Positions 27,375-37,926 of a stretch of DNA of 64,000 nucleotides are shown here, piece by piece. The DNA lies in the IMG/VR virus record IMGVR_UViG_3300050011_000164, positions 1 to 64,000 of that record. The stretch is one strand, 5' to 3'. The notes under the pieces were generated by a model. The model was not told the origin of the DNA. It did not search any database and saw nothing but the letters and a program-made list of their open reading frames with translations. The stretch comes from a virus. The position numbers were made by a program, and so were the translations under genes. Position 1 is the stretch's first letter, and every line of letters starts with the position of its first letter.

Positions 27375-27586
27375 CGTCTGCTCAATTCTCGGCTTCTTCG
27401 TCGCATCTCTGCGGGGTGGGCCGTTTCATCCACGTCGAACGAGAGCCCCAGTTTCGTTTGATTTCCGTGGAAATAATCGCCGATTGCTTCTTTCATCGTT
27501 CTCCCGCGACCGACCACGGGGGAGCCGGGAACTGTTGGATCATCTACCACAAATTGAGCGCCGTCTTTGCTTATCTTCAGCTTCAT
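27371..27586 (-). CDS. HicB-like small protein
   Basis: FVVDDPTVPG...GRGRTMKEAI resembles the HicB N-terminal fold; TGGTAGAAT-6 nt-ATG. Confidence 0.45.
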   Translation of the reverse strand: MKLKISKDGAQFVVDDPTVPGSPVVGRGRTMKEAIGDYFHGNQTKLGLSFDVDETAHPAEMRRRSRELSRR

Positions 27587-27615
27587 AATCCCATTCTACC
27601 ACAGGTCGTAGTCGA

Positions 27616-30588
27616 TCATAACTTAACGAGTTTCTCCAGTTCCAGCCGACCTACCAACTCGTCAATGGTGTGTTGAAGCGGGGCCTTGAGCCAGTCGGGG
27701 AATTTCGGCTTGGCAATCAATTCACGAGAAACAGCGAGATCGGTTTCTATCTCTTCGATAGATTGATTGGCGAGCTTGGCGAGGCGTTCTTCTCGCCAAC
27801 GAGCACGGACGATATTGCATTGCTTTTTTGTCATGACAACGGCTCAACGTGGCAGCCCCGCAAGAATTCTTGGTCATTCTTCTCGATTTTCCCCTTCTCG
27901 ATCTCTTCGGCGATGGATGTCGGAATCATTTTCTCAGGGTCGGCACAACGGACTGGAATCCCCAGTTTACCGACCCACTGCCACATGGCGGTGTACCTCG
28001 CAATACACTCGGGACATGCCCAGAGAGAAAGGTATTTTTCGAAGGCGGGTTTACCGCAGGGTTTGTTGCCCGGAACGTGATATCCACAGATCATTTCTTC
28101 CACACCAACCACGTGACGCTGTGCTTCGGTAGATGTGGTGGGGCGAAGATGGCCTGCGCCAGTAGGGCAACCGCCCAGAGCACACACCAAACCAGCACGG
28201 CGGAAAGAGCGAAGCCGATAACCGCAGCGGGGCGTCTCATGCCCTCATTGTACCACAATGAAAGTCTTGGATGATCCATCAGCGTACTCAACCGTGAAGT
28301 TCACGTCACACTGCAATTCCCTGAACCGCTGGATGATCTTCTTCCACGTCTCATCCTGATAGGCGGTGTTGTATGCCGCTTTGACCTTTTCCAGTTCTTC
28401 CGTGGGCAAGGTCTGGTAGAGGCAACCGGGATGTGGACGGGGGGTCATCATACAGTCATTCTACCACAAACCACCAGACCATTGAACATTGGAGTGTGGG
28501 CAGTTGTCTCGATGCATTTCGGTATTGCACTCAACGCAGATGGGTTGTTGATTTACGTGCAGGTCTAATAGGGTCTGTACACGAATACCACAACCGGGAC
28601 ATTCCCAGATGAAAAGTTCGGTTAATGCGCTCATTTCTTCTCAGCTTCTTTCTTCTTACCAAGTCCCAGTCGCTTTATGGCCTCTTTGGTCTTACCGCAG
28701 TCGGCACATGGTCTCGGACCACACTTACCATCGCGGTATACATTTGGCTTGTAATCCCCGTAATTCTTGCGGACGTTCCGAGCCAATTGGACGAGAGCCG
28801 CGTCGAAGGTCGGTCCCCCACAGTCCAGCTTCCAGTCGTGATAATTCATCTCGCCTGTGGTGTCGTCCCAATCCTCGTTGGGCTGACCGTACAAATAGCC
28901 GTACTCGACTGGGCCGAATTCCAGCCAGCATTCCACGTTGACATTCTTCTTTGGGTCATCCGTCACCTTGCGACCATCGGTCTTGGCATAGTGAATACTG
29001 AGATTCTCTTCAATGGCGGGGACGGTCAGATGGCGCATGTATTGATAGCATTTGCCGCATTTGTCCCGCGAAACAAGGAATCCCTGCTTCTCTATCTTAT
29101 CCGCCTCTTTGGGCGTGATCTCGTTTCGAATCATTCGTTGGAGCTTGGGGTGGTAGTGGAGGAACCACCAAGCGTCGTAGGCGTTACTGATTTTGTGATA
29201 GCGTTTCTTTGTCATTAGTGTTTTCCTTTGCGTGCGATCACCCAATCGAGATACTGAATGCCTCGCGAGTATTCTGCCTGTTTTGCGGCGTACTCAGCCC
29301 GCAGCTTACGAGCGAGCCTAAGCGATTCTGCCCGTGCTTCTTTCCGCGTCTTAGCCAAGAACCCGTTACAGGTATGAACCGCTCCCGACACAGCCTCAGG
29401 ATCACTGGGATCGGTCTCTGGATGCTCCGCTGCGAACTTGGGGCTGTGGGCTGTGTAGCCGTCACCCTCGTCGCATTCTCCAGTGATTGTGATGACTTCG
29501 TAGTCCCAACTCCCGAAAATCCAATATGCCTTGTCGCCGACCTTAAGGTCGATCAACTGTCTTTGGTGCCATTGTGTCATTTTTAGCCTTAAATAGTTCG
29601 GGGTTTGTTCCCCTAAATTCTTCTAGTGCGTTCTCTAGGTCACTCGGATGTTTGCCCCATGGATCGGCGATCATGAGCCAGAACCTCAGGCCCAGTAGAT
29701 AGAACTCAAACTCCCAGTCTTGGGAATGGTTATCGTACCCTGCCCCGATGTGAATGAGGTAGAACTCGGCCCAGCCGAATTCCTTGTGATGGGTGATCTC
29801 GTACCATTGGTTGGCGGAGAATCCCGCTGTCCAGTAATTGCTATAACCGAGCATCTTGGTTTCTCCCTTGCCCTTCTTGGTCTTCTTCTTAATACCGCTC
29901 ACATTACCCTTGCGGCTGCCTTTTGGGACTAATCCCACAAGCTTTGGAAATGCTTTGCGAACAAAGCCAGTCCCTCCTCAAGAATAGCCTGATCCCGCGC
30001 TTCCAGAGCCCGTAGAGCGACGAAGTGGTCGTCCTTGACACTCTTCCATGCCTCGGGGCTGACGCCCTTAGGACGGCGACTAGGGTATGGGCCGAGTTCC
30101 TTCTCATAGAGGCAGTCATCTATGCGGTTGTGAGCCTCGAAGCCAGCGATCATCTTCATCATGATCTCGTCCCAGCGAGCTTCGGCGATCTTGAATGCCT
30201 CGTCGGTGGGGTTGCCAGTCTCGTCGATATACTCGGGACCCTCGGGGAATACGTGCATGGGCACGCCGTGCTTGTGCTCCTTCAGGTAGCGGAGAGCCTG
30301 TGGTAGCCAGCCCGAGAGGTAGGAGGCGAGACCCCAAGTGTCACGGTTAGCCCAGCCTCGGGCTCCGCGCTGAATGAACCACTTGATGGCGTAGTAAGTG
30401 TTCTCGGGGAACTCACGGATGTGCTTGATTCCACGGCGAATCGTCCAGTAAGTGGACGTGTACCATGGGTCGGGGGTGTCGTAGAAGAGGTCAGGGTCCC
30501 AAGGCACAGTACGGCAAATGTCAGTTGGGACAGGGATAGGACGGTTACGGAGAAAGAAATCAATCTTCCGCCAGAGTGATATGGTCAT
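27616..30588 (-). CDS. run of small hypothetical genes (27616-27834, 27831-28094, 28091-28240, 28245-28451, 28461-28634, 28631-29215, 29215-29580, 29543-~29900, 29929-30588)
   Basis: Coupled start/stop overlaps and several CxxC motifs. 28461-28634 (57 aa, CPGC/CVEC) is below the ORF-track cutoff. Confidence 0.55.
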
Positions 30589-30742
30589 GTCAGGTGCTCC
30601 TTTAGTTGGTCTTCTAAAGCGTACTTGACATGGCTGTGCTCCTCGGGGGGTGATTGAATTTGAGAACGGCACCCGCGATACCGGACTTTGCAGGACTTAC
30701 GCTCGCTCTCTAAACATAATACTGAAAGTCAGGAAAATTGGC

Positions 30743-30779
30743 AAGAAAATAGCGGAAGTGGAGCGAGGGCCACTTCCGC
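30743..30779 (-). terminator. intrinsic terminator
   Basis: GCGGAAGTGG/CCACTTCCGC 10-bp stem followed by TATTTTCTT. Confidence 0.75.
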
Positions 30780-30892
30780 CTAAGGAAAGGTAATCAGCAT
30801 CTCGCTTGATGGCTGTCCGTGTCAATCGGTTCCACCCTGAAGGGGCAGCCCATTAGAGGCTACGGCAGCAAGGTATATCTAAGGTTTTGGAA

Positions 30893-31813
30893 TTACACCG
30901 ACTGGGCGACGGACGTGGTGGTCGCCGATCCCAATTTCACGTTAGGAGATACGCCGTGACCCTCATCCACCAGTTTCCGCATTCTGTCAGGCTTACCTTG
31001 AGCACCGTAGTACAGATTTGACAGGCTGTCATTCACCCCGGGCTGATCTTGACCCTCCCACATGCGTTCCTTCCAATGAACCTCGGTTGCTGTCCCCTGA
31101 GGTCCGATCTGTGGGTGCCAGACGTGCAAGACTTGTCCCGGCAGGGTCATGTGCAGCCCATACAGGGTGTCCATGGCACGCATGGCGGCATGATCTTCAC
31201 CACCCCAGCCACGGAAACGTTGATCCCAGCCGCCTACAGTCTTAAATGCTTCACGGGACATGATCTGAACCATGGCTCCGTACCAATGTCCGACTTTCGT
31301 ATCGGCTGTGCCGCCCAAGATGAACATGGACGCCAATGGTTCTGGGAACGGGAACGGGCTCGCGGGATCGGATTGCAGAAGGCAGCGTGAGGCTTCCTCG
31401 GTCAGTCGATAGAACTGACGGTAAGGAACGAACCAGAGTTTCTTGCCTCGCTTGCGAGCAGTACGAATCTCTTCGGCACAATAGAGAACGGAGTCAGCTT
31501 GCATGTAACCGTCAGCATCGATAATGACAAACACGTCACCCTTAGCCTTGGCTGCTGCATTGTTGACGGCGACCGACTTCGAGAATGGCTGACCTGTTGG
31601 ATCATCCCCCATGACAATTTGCGCTCCCGGCAACTGGGTTACCCAGTACCGCTTAAGCCATTCGACATTCTTTACCCGAGGATTCGTTGAGTCGAGGCAG
31701 CGGAACGGAATTATGACACTGATGCCCCGTCCCTTACGAAATAGTCGAGATACGAGCCAACTCACAATGGTCATAACTATAACCCCCACTACCAAATCTA
31801 CTGCCCCAATCAT
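30893..31813 (-). CDS. GT2-family glycosyltransferase with N-terminal TM
   Basis: ISVIIPFR, SKSVAVN, IDAD, GGWDQRFRGWGGED, HVWH. Confidence 0.85.
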   Translation of the reverse strand: MIGAVDLVVGVIVMTIVSWLVSRLFRKGRGISVIIPFRCLDSTNPRVKNVEWLKRYWVTQLPGAQIVMGDDPTGQPFSKSVAVNNAAAKAKGDVFVIIDADGYMQADSVLYCAEEIRTARKRGKKLWFVPYRQFYRLTEEASRCLLQSDPASPFPFPEPLASMFILGGTADTKVGHWYGAMVQIMSREAFKTVGGWDQRFRGWGGEDHAAMRAMDTLYGLHMTLPGQVLHVWHPQIGPQGTATEVHWKERMWEGQDQPGVNDSLSNLYYGAQGKPDRMRKLVDEGHGVSPNVKLGSATTTSVAQSV

Positions 31814-32577
31814 TTTAGTGCCTTTCTCAGTGCACGATATGCATCGTAAACTGCGAACTTAACATCCTCCACACGGAACTGCGAAGGTTCCCCCATCTTG
31901 CCGGCTTCCCAATTCATTTGGATGCTTGCCGAATAATCACGAAATTTGAAGTCCCCGCCATCCCTCGCCAGTGCGGGACAAACCTCCACACGACGAGGAA
32001 TACCGAATGCATCCGATACGATCATCCCATGCAGCGATGAGGTCACTATTCGTCTGCAAGCCCCGATCTGTTTCAGTACCTCAATCGGATCATCGCTCGG
32101 GTTGATAGCTTTGATAACCGTGCCCGCAGGCATCAGGTTTGTAAACCGAGGAACCAGTTCCTTATCCATGAAGTGCGGCAAGATACCTAAATCCCACTGC
32201 TTCGGCTGATCGCCAACTAACTCGTCCGCCAGTATTCCGGGATCACCTAGAGCGTAACTCCCCACGATGCCGCGAGCCGACAGCGGGCCACGTAACGACA
32301 GGATCGTCGATGAGATTTTTCCCATCTGCATAATTTGCAGCCGAGAATCTTCGTGCAACTTACCTGAGCCAAGAATGTAGCCATCCCATAGTGGCGGGAT
32401 GTGTTCTAAAACCGATCCAATGGACGCGATCTTTGAGTGCGAAATTGTGCCCCACTCCACCTCGATGTCGGCAAAGTGTTCAAGCAAATAAGGTGCTAAC
32501 GCATCGCCAAAGTTCGGCACTTCCTTCCACCAGTAGGCTTTAATTGGTTCGGCCCTGAAAAACTGTTTCAAATTCAC
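31810..32577 (-). CDS. polysaccharide pyruvyl transferase (ExoV-like)
   Basis: NFGDAL, IGSVL, LRGPLS, DPGIL, ILPHF, TSSLHGMIVSDAFGIP. Confidence 0.85.
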   Translation of the reverse strand: MNLKQFFRAEPIKAYWWKEVPNFGDALAPYLLEHFADIEVEWGTISHSKIASIGSVLEHIPPLWDGYILGSGKLHEDSRLQIMQMGKISSTILSLRGPLSARGIVGSYALGDPGILADELVGDQPKQWDLGILPHFMDKELVPRFTNLMPAGTVIKAINPSDDPIEVLKQIGACRRIVTSSLHGMIVSDAFGIPRRVEVCPALARDGGDFKFRDYSASIQMNWEAGKMGEPSQFRVEDVKFAVYDAYRALRKALK

Positions 32578-32647
32578 TGTAGCTCCTACTTCAGAAATGA
32601 GAAGAAGAGAAATTCGACGCTAGTAATGAATTAGGCGGTTTTCCAAT

Positions 32648-32675
32648 AAAAAATGGGGCTCCGAAGAGCCCCATT
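32648..32675 (-). terminator. intrinsic terminator with UUCG loop
   Basis: AATGGGGCTC-TTCG-GAGCCCCATT followed by a T-run on the minus strand. Confidence 0.8.
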
Positions 32676-32697
32676 ATAGGAATTTTTACAGTGTTAC

Positions 32698-33384
32698 CTA
32701 GATAGATTTTGTCCGTGTGTGCACGTCACACTCGGGGAGCGGATCACCTTGCAAATCTTCGATATCCTCCATGCTGTGCTTGTGCTCGGTCGGATCGTCG
32801 CAGTACGGGCAGCCCGCGTCGGCAGCGGTCGAACCATCAGCCTCGGCAACGTCGTATTGCTGTGGGTCGAGATTCTGTTGCTCCGCTAGCTCTGCCGTAT
32901 CATCAGCTTCGACAGCCTCAGCATCACAGGGGATGTCTTCAATAGCAAGAGGAGCGGTTCCTTCGATGGCTGCTTGGGTGATCGGAACGGAAACGTGTGT
33001 CATCGGTCCAACCTGAATCGGCTGCATCGGAACTTCGTTCTTGATCGCCTCATACATGAACACAAACTCCGTGGCGTCCTCGGCCTTCTCCACACCTTCG
33101 GGAAGTTCCCACTTGATGAGAACGCGATGATTCTCGAACTTGTCCATCGCCACCTTCGGGACCGTGACCTTGTTGCCTTGCGCTTCGATCAATGCGGCTG
33201 CCAATATTGACAGACGGCTATTCTGAGTGTACAACTCGCGAGCTTGATTGATGACCTGACCGAGAGTAGTGTTCGGATCGGTTTTCAGAGCTTCGAGTTG
33301 CTTTTCAAGCTCCTCGCAATACTTCTTCAACCGAGGAAGATACAGCTTTGTGATGGCTTTGTTTCTCTTGTTGTTGCGTCCCAT
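32698..33384 (-). CDS. hypothetical coiled-coil protein with acidic tail
   Basis: SD AAGGAG; 228-aa ORF. Confidence 0.65.
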   Translation of the reverse strand: MGRNNKRNKAITKLYLPRLKKYCEELEKQLEALKTDPNTTLGQVINQARELYTQNSRLSILAAALIEAQGNKVTVPKVAMDKFENHRVLIKWELPEGVEKAEDATEFVFMYEAIKNEVPMQPIQVGPMTHVSVPITQAAIEGTAPLAIEDIPCDAEAVEADDTAELAEQQNLDPQQYDVAEADGSTAADAGCPYCDDPTEHKHSMEDIEDLQGDPLPECDVHTRTKSI

Positions 33385-33556
33385 GGATTCTCCTTAAAAG
33401 TTTTCGGGAGCGTTGCCCGAAGCGGCCACAATACTTCATTTTCAGGCGAAGGTGTGACTCAACCTGTCCGAGGTAACCGACGTAGCCTGAATTTTTCAGC
33501 CGCCAGCTACGTCAGAGGCTTTCGGCGTGCCCGGTTTATGTCAGGCGGCAATGCTT

Positions 33557-34489
33557 TTAGTCAACGCAGAGCTTGGTGTTGCCACATTTCGGGCACACTA
33601 CCAAACCCTTTTGTCTTGCTTCTATATAACTGTTCCACGTCCACCATCGCATGGTGCGGAATTTGCGGATCATGTAGATGAATCGTCGCCCCAGAAGCGA
33701 CCATGAAAACTCTTGGTGCTCCCGCATAGTCTTTGGCAGCACTTCGCCCTCTTCACAGGCGACTTTGTACGGCCACGGCTTTTCGATCACGCGAACGAAA
33801 AACTTAGACAATTTGCCTTTGCTGGTGAACTCGCGGTCGATGCCAACCCAGCGAGGACGGATGTAGTCCTTCACATAATCGATGAACGTTTCGATGGGGT
33901 TGTAGCTCCACGACCAAAAGTCGTCCTGTTCCCAATCGCATGAGCCGTGTGGCGTGCCGTGACAATGGACGAATGCCATTAAAGTTCTTCCTTAGTGATC
34001 TTTGCGGCGATGCTGCGAATCTCATTGCTGAAGAGGTTCGGATCGTTCTCAGGATCGTAGGGTGCGGATGGGGCGAAATGTGCGGGATCGCATGATGGGC
34101 ATATCCCACACACGCAGACCTGATCGCCAGCTTCCTTTTTGCACGTTGGACAAATCATATCACTTCTTTTTCGGAGTGGCAACCTTCTTCGCGGGTGGAG
34201 CGGACTTCGCCTTCTTGATCTTCTTGCCGAAGTTCGGGTTCTTGGTCTGCACGCGGGTTGCAGGGTCGGTGATGTAAGCTCGTGAGTCGATGACTGCACC
34301 CTTACCCTGCTTGACCGCTGCCTCAGCCACGTTAGGGGAAATAGTGGTCATCTTGGCCTCACGGATCGGATCGAGATAGATTTCGAACCCCGCCGTATCT
34401 TCGTAGCTGATGTCCGTCGTCTTCTTGAACGTCTCACCGTCGATGTAGAAATACTGACCCATCTTGATTGCTGAAAAAGTAGCGCCCAT
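33557..34489 (-). CDS. three small hypothetical genes (33557-33979, 33979-34158, 34160-34489; the last has a Lys/Ala-rich histone-like tail)
   Basis: Coupled ORFs; KKIKKAKSAPPAKKVATPKKK tail. Confidence 0.55.
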
Positions 34490-34519
34490 GAGAAATCTCC
34501 TCTCCTCCATAATACTGCA

Positions 34520-34921
34520 TTATGTGGATTTTTCTGCTAATTTCTTACGCTCAGCCCGAACCTTACGGGAGGCGGTAGTTTTACGTTTATGATGGGGCTT
34601 GCATAACGACCGCAGGTTGTTCGAATCGTGGAAGCATCCGCCGTCTGCAAGCTCAATGATGTGGTCTACGTCCTTGGCAGGCAACCCGCAGATAATCCCA
34701 TCCTCCATCACCCACTGACATCTCCACTTGTCCCGGCGACGGACCTTGTTGCGGATGTAGTTCCAGTCGCAGCGAGAGCGAACTTCCAGAAGACACTCCT
34801 TCGAGCACCACGCTTGCTTACGGCCCGTCAAAACTTTCTTGCAATAACGGCAATGGTAGCCCGCCGCATCCTTACGGGCGGGGAAGTCATTCCACGTGAA
34901 CTCCTGACCTTTACGTGCCAT
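34520..34921 (-). CDS. small HNH endonuclease
   Basis: RDKWRC..CG..DVDHIIELADGG..NLRSLCKPHH. Confidence 0.85.
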   Translation of the reverse strand: MARKGQEFTWNDFPARKDAAGYHCRYCKKVLTGRKQAWCSKECLLEVRSRCDWNYIRNKVRRRDKWRCQWVMEDGIICGLPAKDVDHIIELADGGCFHDSNNLRSLCKPHHKRKTTASRKVRAERKKLAEKST

Positions 34922-35687
34922 TGGTTTCTTTCTTCGCTACACCCCAAAGAGCCGTAAGCCCAAGCATTTCCAGTTGATATACGCCCTTCAATTTAATGCG
35001 ATGATACTCAAGTGCTCCCTCAACCGATCCATGTTCTCCGCGAGCAATGCTCAGGGCGGCTCTCATCGCGTCCTGTACGCGAGTTAGCGATATACGCTGC
35101 TTATCGTCCTCGCGATATTCCTTCCGCAGACGGTTGATGTGCTCGTAGCGGGTTTGATTGTCACGCCGACATGCCACGGCATGAATCAAGTCTCTCTGTT
35201 GTTCCGCAGTCGTTGTGCGAAGCGGGGGACGAACGCGACTAATCATGCAGTCTCGTTTGTCGCTGTACTCCAGAAGTCCCCAATCCTTCGGTTTCTCGGT
35301 CTCCGCGATCAACCCAGCGGGAGCGGCAATCCAGCACAAGTCGGCAGGCGCAGGCCATTCCCATTTATGATCGCCACGGAAATCGCTGCGGGAAGTCTTA
35401 ACCTCCACCACCACGGTCATCATGCGGTTCAGGATGCTCGCTTCGAACTGCCAAGCGTCCTTCTCTTCCTGCGGTTTCTTCCATTTGGGCTTGCGGCGAA
35501 TCAATTTCAGGTCTTGCAGTTCCGTCTCAGTGGGGCACGACACCCCCGCTATATCGGCGATCCAGCCGGATGCTATCGTGACCTCGGTCTCGACGGGCTT
35601 GATCCCACGTTCGTCGAGCCAGAAACAGGTCGCAGCGGTGATCTGTTTCGTGAGTTCTGTTTTGTTCTGGTCGTCAAAAAGACTCAT
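34911..35687 (-). CDS. PD-(D/E)xK nuclease, MmcB-like
   Basis: ETEV..IADIAG..VVEVKTSRSDFRGDHKW..WGLL. Confidence 0.7.
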   Translation of the reverse strand: MSLFDDQNKTELTKQITAATCFWLDERGIKPVETEVTIASGWIADIAGVSCPTETELQDLKLIRRKPKWKKPQEEKDAWQFEASILNRMMTVVVEVKTSRSDFRGDHKWEWPAPADLCWIAAPAGLIAETEKPKDWGLLEYSDKRDCMISRVRPPLRTTTAEQQRDLIHAVACRRDNQTRYEHINRLRKEYREDDKQRISLTRVQDAMRAALSIARGEHGSVEGALEYHRIKLKGVYQLEMLGLTALWGVAKKETNGT

Positions 35688-36523
35688 TCTTTTTCCATTG
35701 CTTCGATGGCGGCGACTGCCCGCGTAAGGATTTTGGTCGCACGTTCGAGCACGTGCTTGTGACCTTGCACGCCGTAACTGTTGGATTCGCAGGCTTCGAA
35801 TACCCTGCGGACGGCCTTGCGGTCGTATCGATACAACCCGCTAATGCTGATTTCGAGAATCTTTTTCTGTTGAACTTGTGTCAGTTTCATTGGACAACCC
35901 CGTCGATTTCTATCAGTTCCCAAGCGACACGCTCGGCGTTTTCAAAACCAAAGTCGATCATAAACCGTAACCCTTGTTGCTCCAAATATTTAGCGAAGGC
36001 GACTTGCTCGGGCTTCGTTTCATAATCGGGGAAACGAGTTAAGAATTTCTCAATCTCTGTCATTTAGTCCTCATCAAATACTGGTTCGGTGGTTTCCCGC
36101 GTTCCACAACTTTCCCAGTAAGCAAGTCACACAGGTCTTGGATATGACCTGACGGCTCACGGCGGACGATGGCTCGAAGTAGCCTGTGCAACTGATTCAG
36201 TTTATTCACTGGTTTTCGCTTTCCCAGCCAAATACTCTTCCGCCGCTGCGCGAAGTTTGCACAGATGACAATTCTCGCGAGGACCAAATGGTTTCGAGTG
36301 GTATTCCTCAACCAATTCAATGAACTGGGGTGCGATCTGATCCAGCAAGGCGATGGTTTGAATGATCTGCACGAAGAAAATACCCGCCTGCTCATCGTCA
36401 TCGTTTGCCGCCGCGATCTGGTGGGCGACTTTAGCAACAGCCTTATCACGGAGGGTTCGTTCGGCGAATGCTCTGTTGGGCGGAATATCCTCGCCGACGT
36501 ACTCGTGACCACAATAGGTTTTC

Positions 36524-36775
36524 TTATCCTCTGGCACTCTTCCACTCCTTGTACTTCTCAGGTAAACATTTAGCGCAAGGACGGAACCCAGCGGCAATGG
36601 CTGTGGCTTCATCCTTGAAGAAAACTCTGTGTTTTACGTAGTGTCCTGCGGCGATGAAACGGAGAGCAGAAGGGCAGTCGAGCCTACCGTATATCTTGAG
36701 TTGCCTGTGTCCGCCCAACTTCCCGGGCGTCTTGCTTGCTCGAATCCAGCCGTCCGATCCCATCAACAGAAACAT
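36524..36775 (-). CDS. stand-alone Ada metal-binding domain protein
   Basis: KIYGRLDCPSA...RVFFKDEATAIAAGFRPCAKC. Confidence 0.8.
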   Translation of the reverse strand: MFLLMGSDGWIRASKTPGKLGGHRQLKIYGRLDCPSALRFIAAGHYVKHRVFFKDEATAIAAGFRPCAKCLPEKYKEWKSARG

Positions 36776-37065
36776 GAGGTCCTCTCCACATAATACCCAT
36801 TGTGCGGAGAAATTTGGCGTCATCCATGGTTATTGTGCTGAGACGGGCGCACCGTTTGCACTGGCAACCGAATGCAAGCTCGTGGCGGGTGCGGGTGTAG
36901 AAGAGAGGTTCGTCCTCTTGACGAGAACGTGCGATGTCGGGGTCTGCCCCGTACCCCCGACAATACAAATCCCAGTAACGCGAATCGCCCCCACAGTTTG
37001 GGGGGCGATCCTCGGGTTCAAAGTGTTGGTGCATTCGTTCCCTCTTCAATGAAAAGGGAAGTCAG

Positions 37066-37767
37066 TTAAGCGGTGACGAGATCGGGCGCGACTTCGCTCG
37101 GCATCCGATCCTTGACTGGCACATCCTCATACGGCTCGTAAGTCGTGAGGTCCACAACGAGAGACCCGTCACTGGGTGCATTCGTCCACCGCACATTACC
37201 GCTGCCGTCGCTCGTAAGTACGGTACCAGCGGCAGGCAAGCCGCTACCACATGGAGTAGCTTGGGTGCCAAGCGACATGTTATTACTGTTAATGAAAGTA
37301 AAGACTTCGCCATTGTTGGTGTTCGCCAACGTGCAGGTCACCGTGGGGCTCTGGTAAGTGCCGTTGCTGGTGAGCAGGCTGCCGCCCTGAAAATTGCCGC
37401 CGTTAATGATGCCAGTATTCGGCGTGTTGTAGCCGACCCAATTAGGCTGAGTGGTGAACGTGTAGTTGGGAGTGTTGTAGTAATTCGGCCAAGACCAGAC
37501 CCATTGTGGGTAGGTGTAGACGTAGCGGACGTTCTGGGGCGGCTCCGTACCCTCCACGAGGGCTCTCAGGGATCGTTCGAGCATATCTAACCGAGCGGTC
37601 TCCTGCACGATCTCTTGGTGATTCTTGGTAGCCGTTGCCAAAGCTTTTTCGGCTCTGACGAGAGCTTTCTTCTTGTCGGCAAGCTCTTTTGAAGCTGCTT
37701 TCATCAATTTCGCGTATTTTGAAGTTTTAGTCTTGCTATTTGCTGCAATTCTTTTCTTGTTTGCCAC
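37066..37767 (-). CDS. hypothetical protein: basic coiled-coil N-terminus, Asn/Thr-rich C-terminus
   Basis: GTG start with GAGG SD; contains the tail-fibre-like spacer GTVLTSDGSGNVRW. Confidence 0.6.
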   Translation of the reverse strand: MANKKRIAANSKTKTSKYAKLMKAASKELADKKKALVRAEKALATATKNHQEIVQETARLDMLERSLRALVEGTEPPQNVRYVYTYPQWVWSWPNYYNTPNYTFTTQPNWVGYNTPNTGIINGGNFQGGSLLTSNGTYQSPTVTCTLANTNNGEVFTFINSNNMSLGTQATPCGSGLPAAGTVLTSDGSGNVRWTNAPSDGSLVVDLTTYEPYEDVPVKDRMPSEVAPDLVTA

Positions 37768-37863
37768 GTGGCACCTCTAAAAGTGTGAATTGATAGTCTG
37801 AAAACACCGAATTTACAAAATTCATTGTCGATTCTGAGTATCTAATACTGAGTTTTGAGGTAC

Positions 37864-37899
37864 AAAAGCAAAAAGCCCTCGATTTTCATCGAGGACTTT
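37864..37899 (-). terminator. probable intrinsic terminator
   Basis: AAAGTCCTCGAT/ATCGAGGGCTTT stem followed by T-rich tail. Confidence 0.6.
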
Positions 37900-37926
37900 C
37901 AGTTTTGAGGAGGGATTATAGCTCCT

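Noticed and set aside
30660-30700. c-di-GMP-I riboswitch-like fragment (GCAAAG.CCGG...GCGGG.TGCCG)
   Set aside because: The P2 GNRA hairpin and overall architecture are missing. The similar partial likeness to c-di-GMP-II at ~33520-33540 also lacks the pseudoknot partner.
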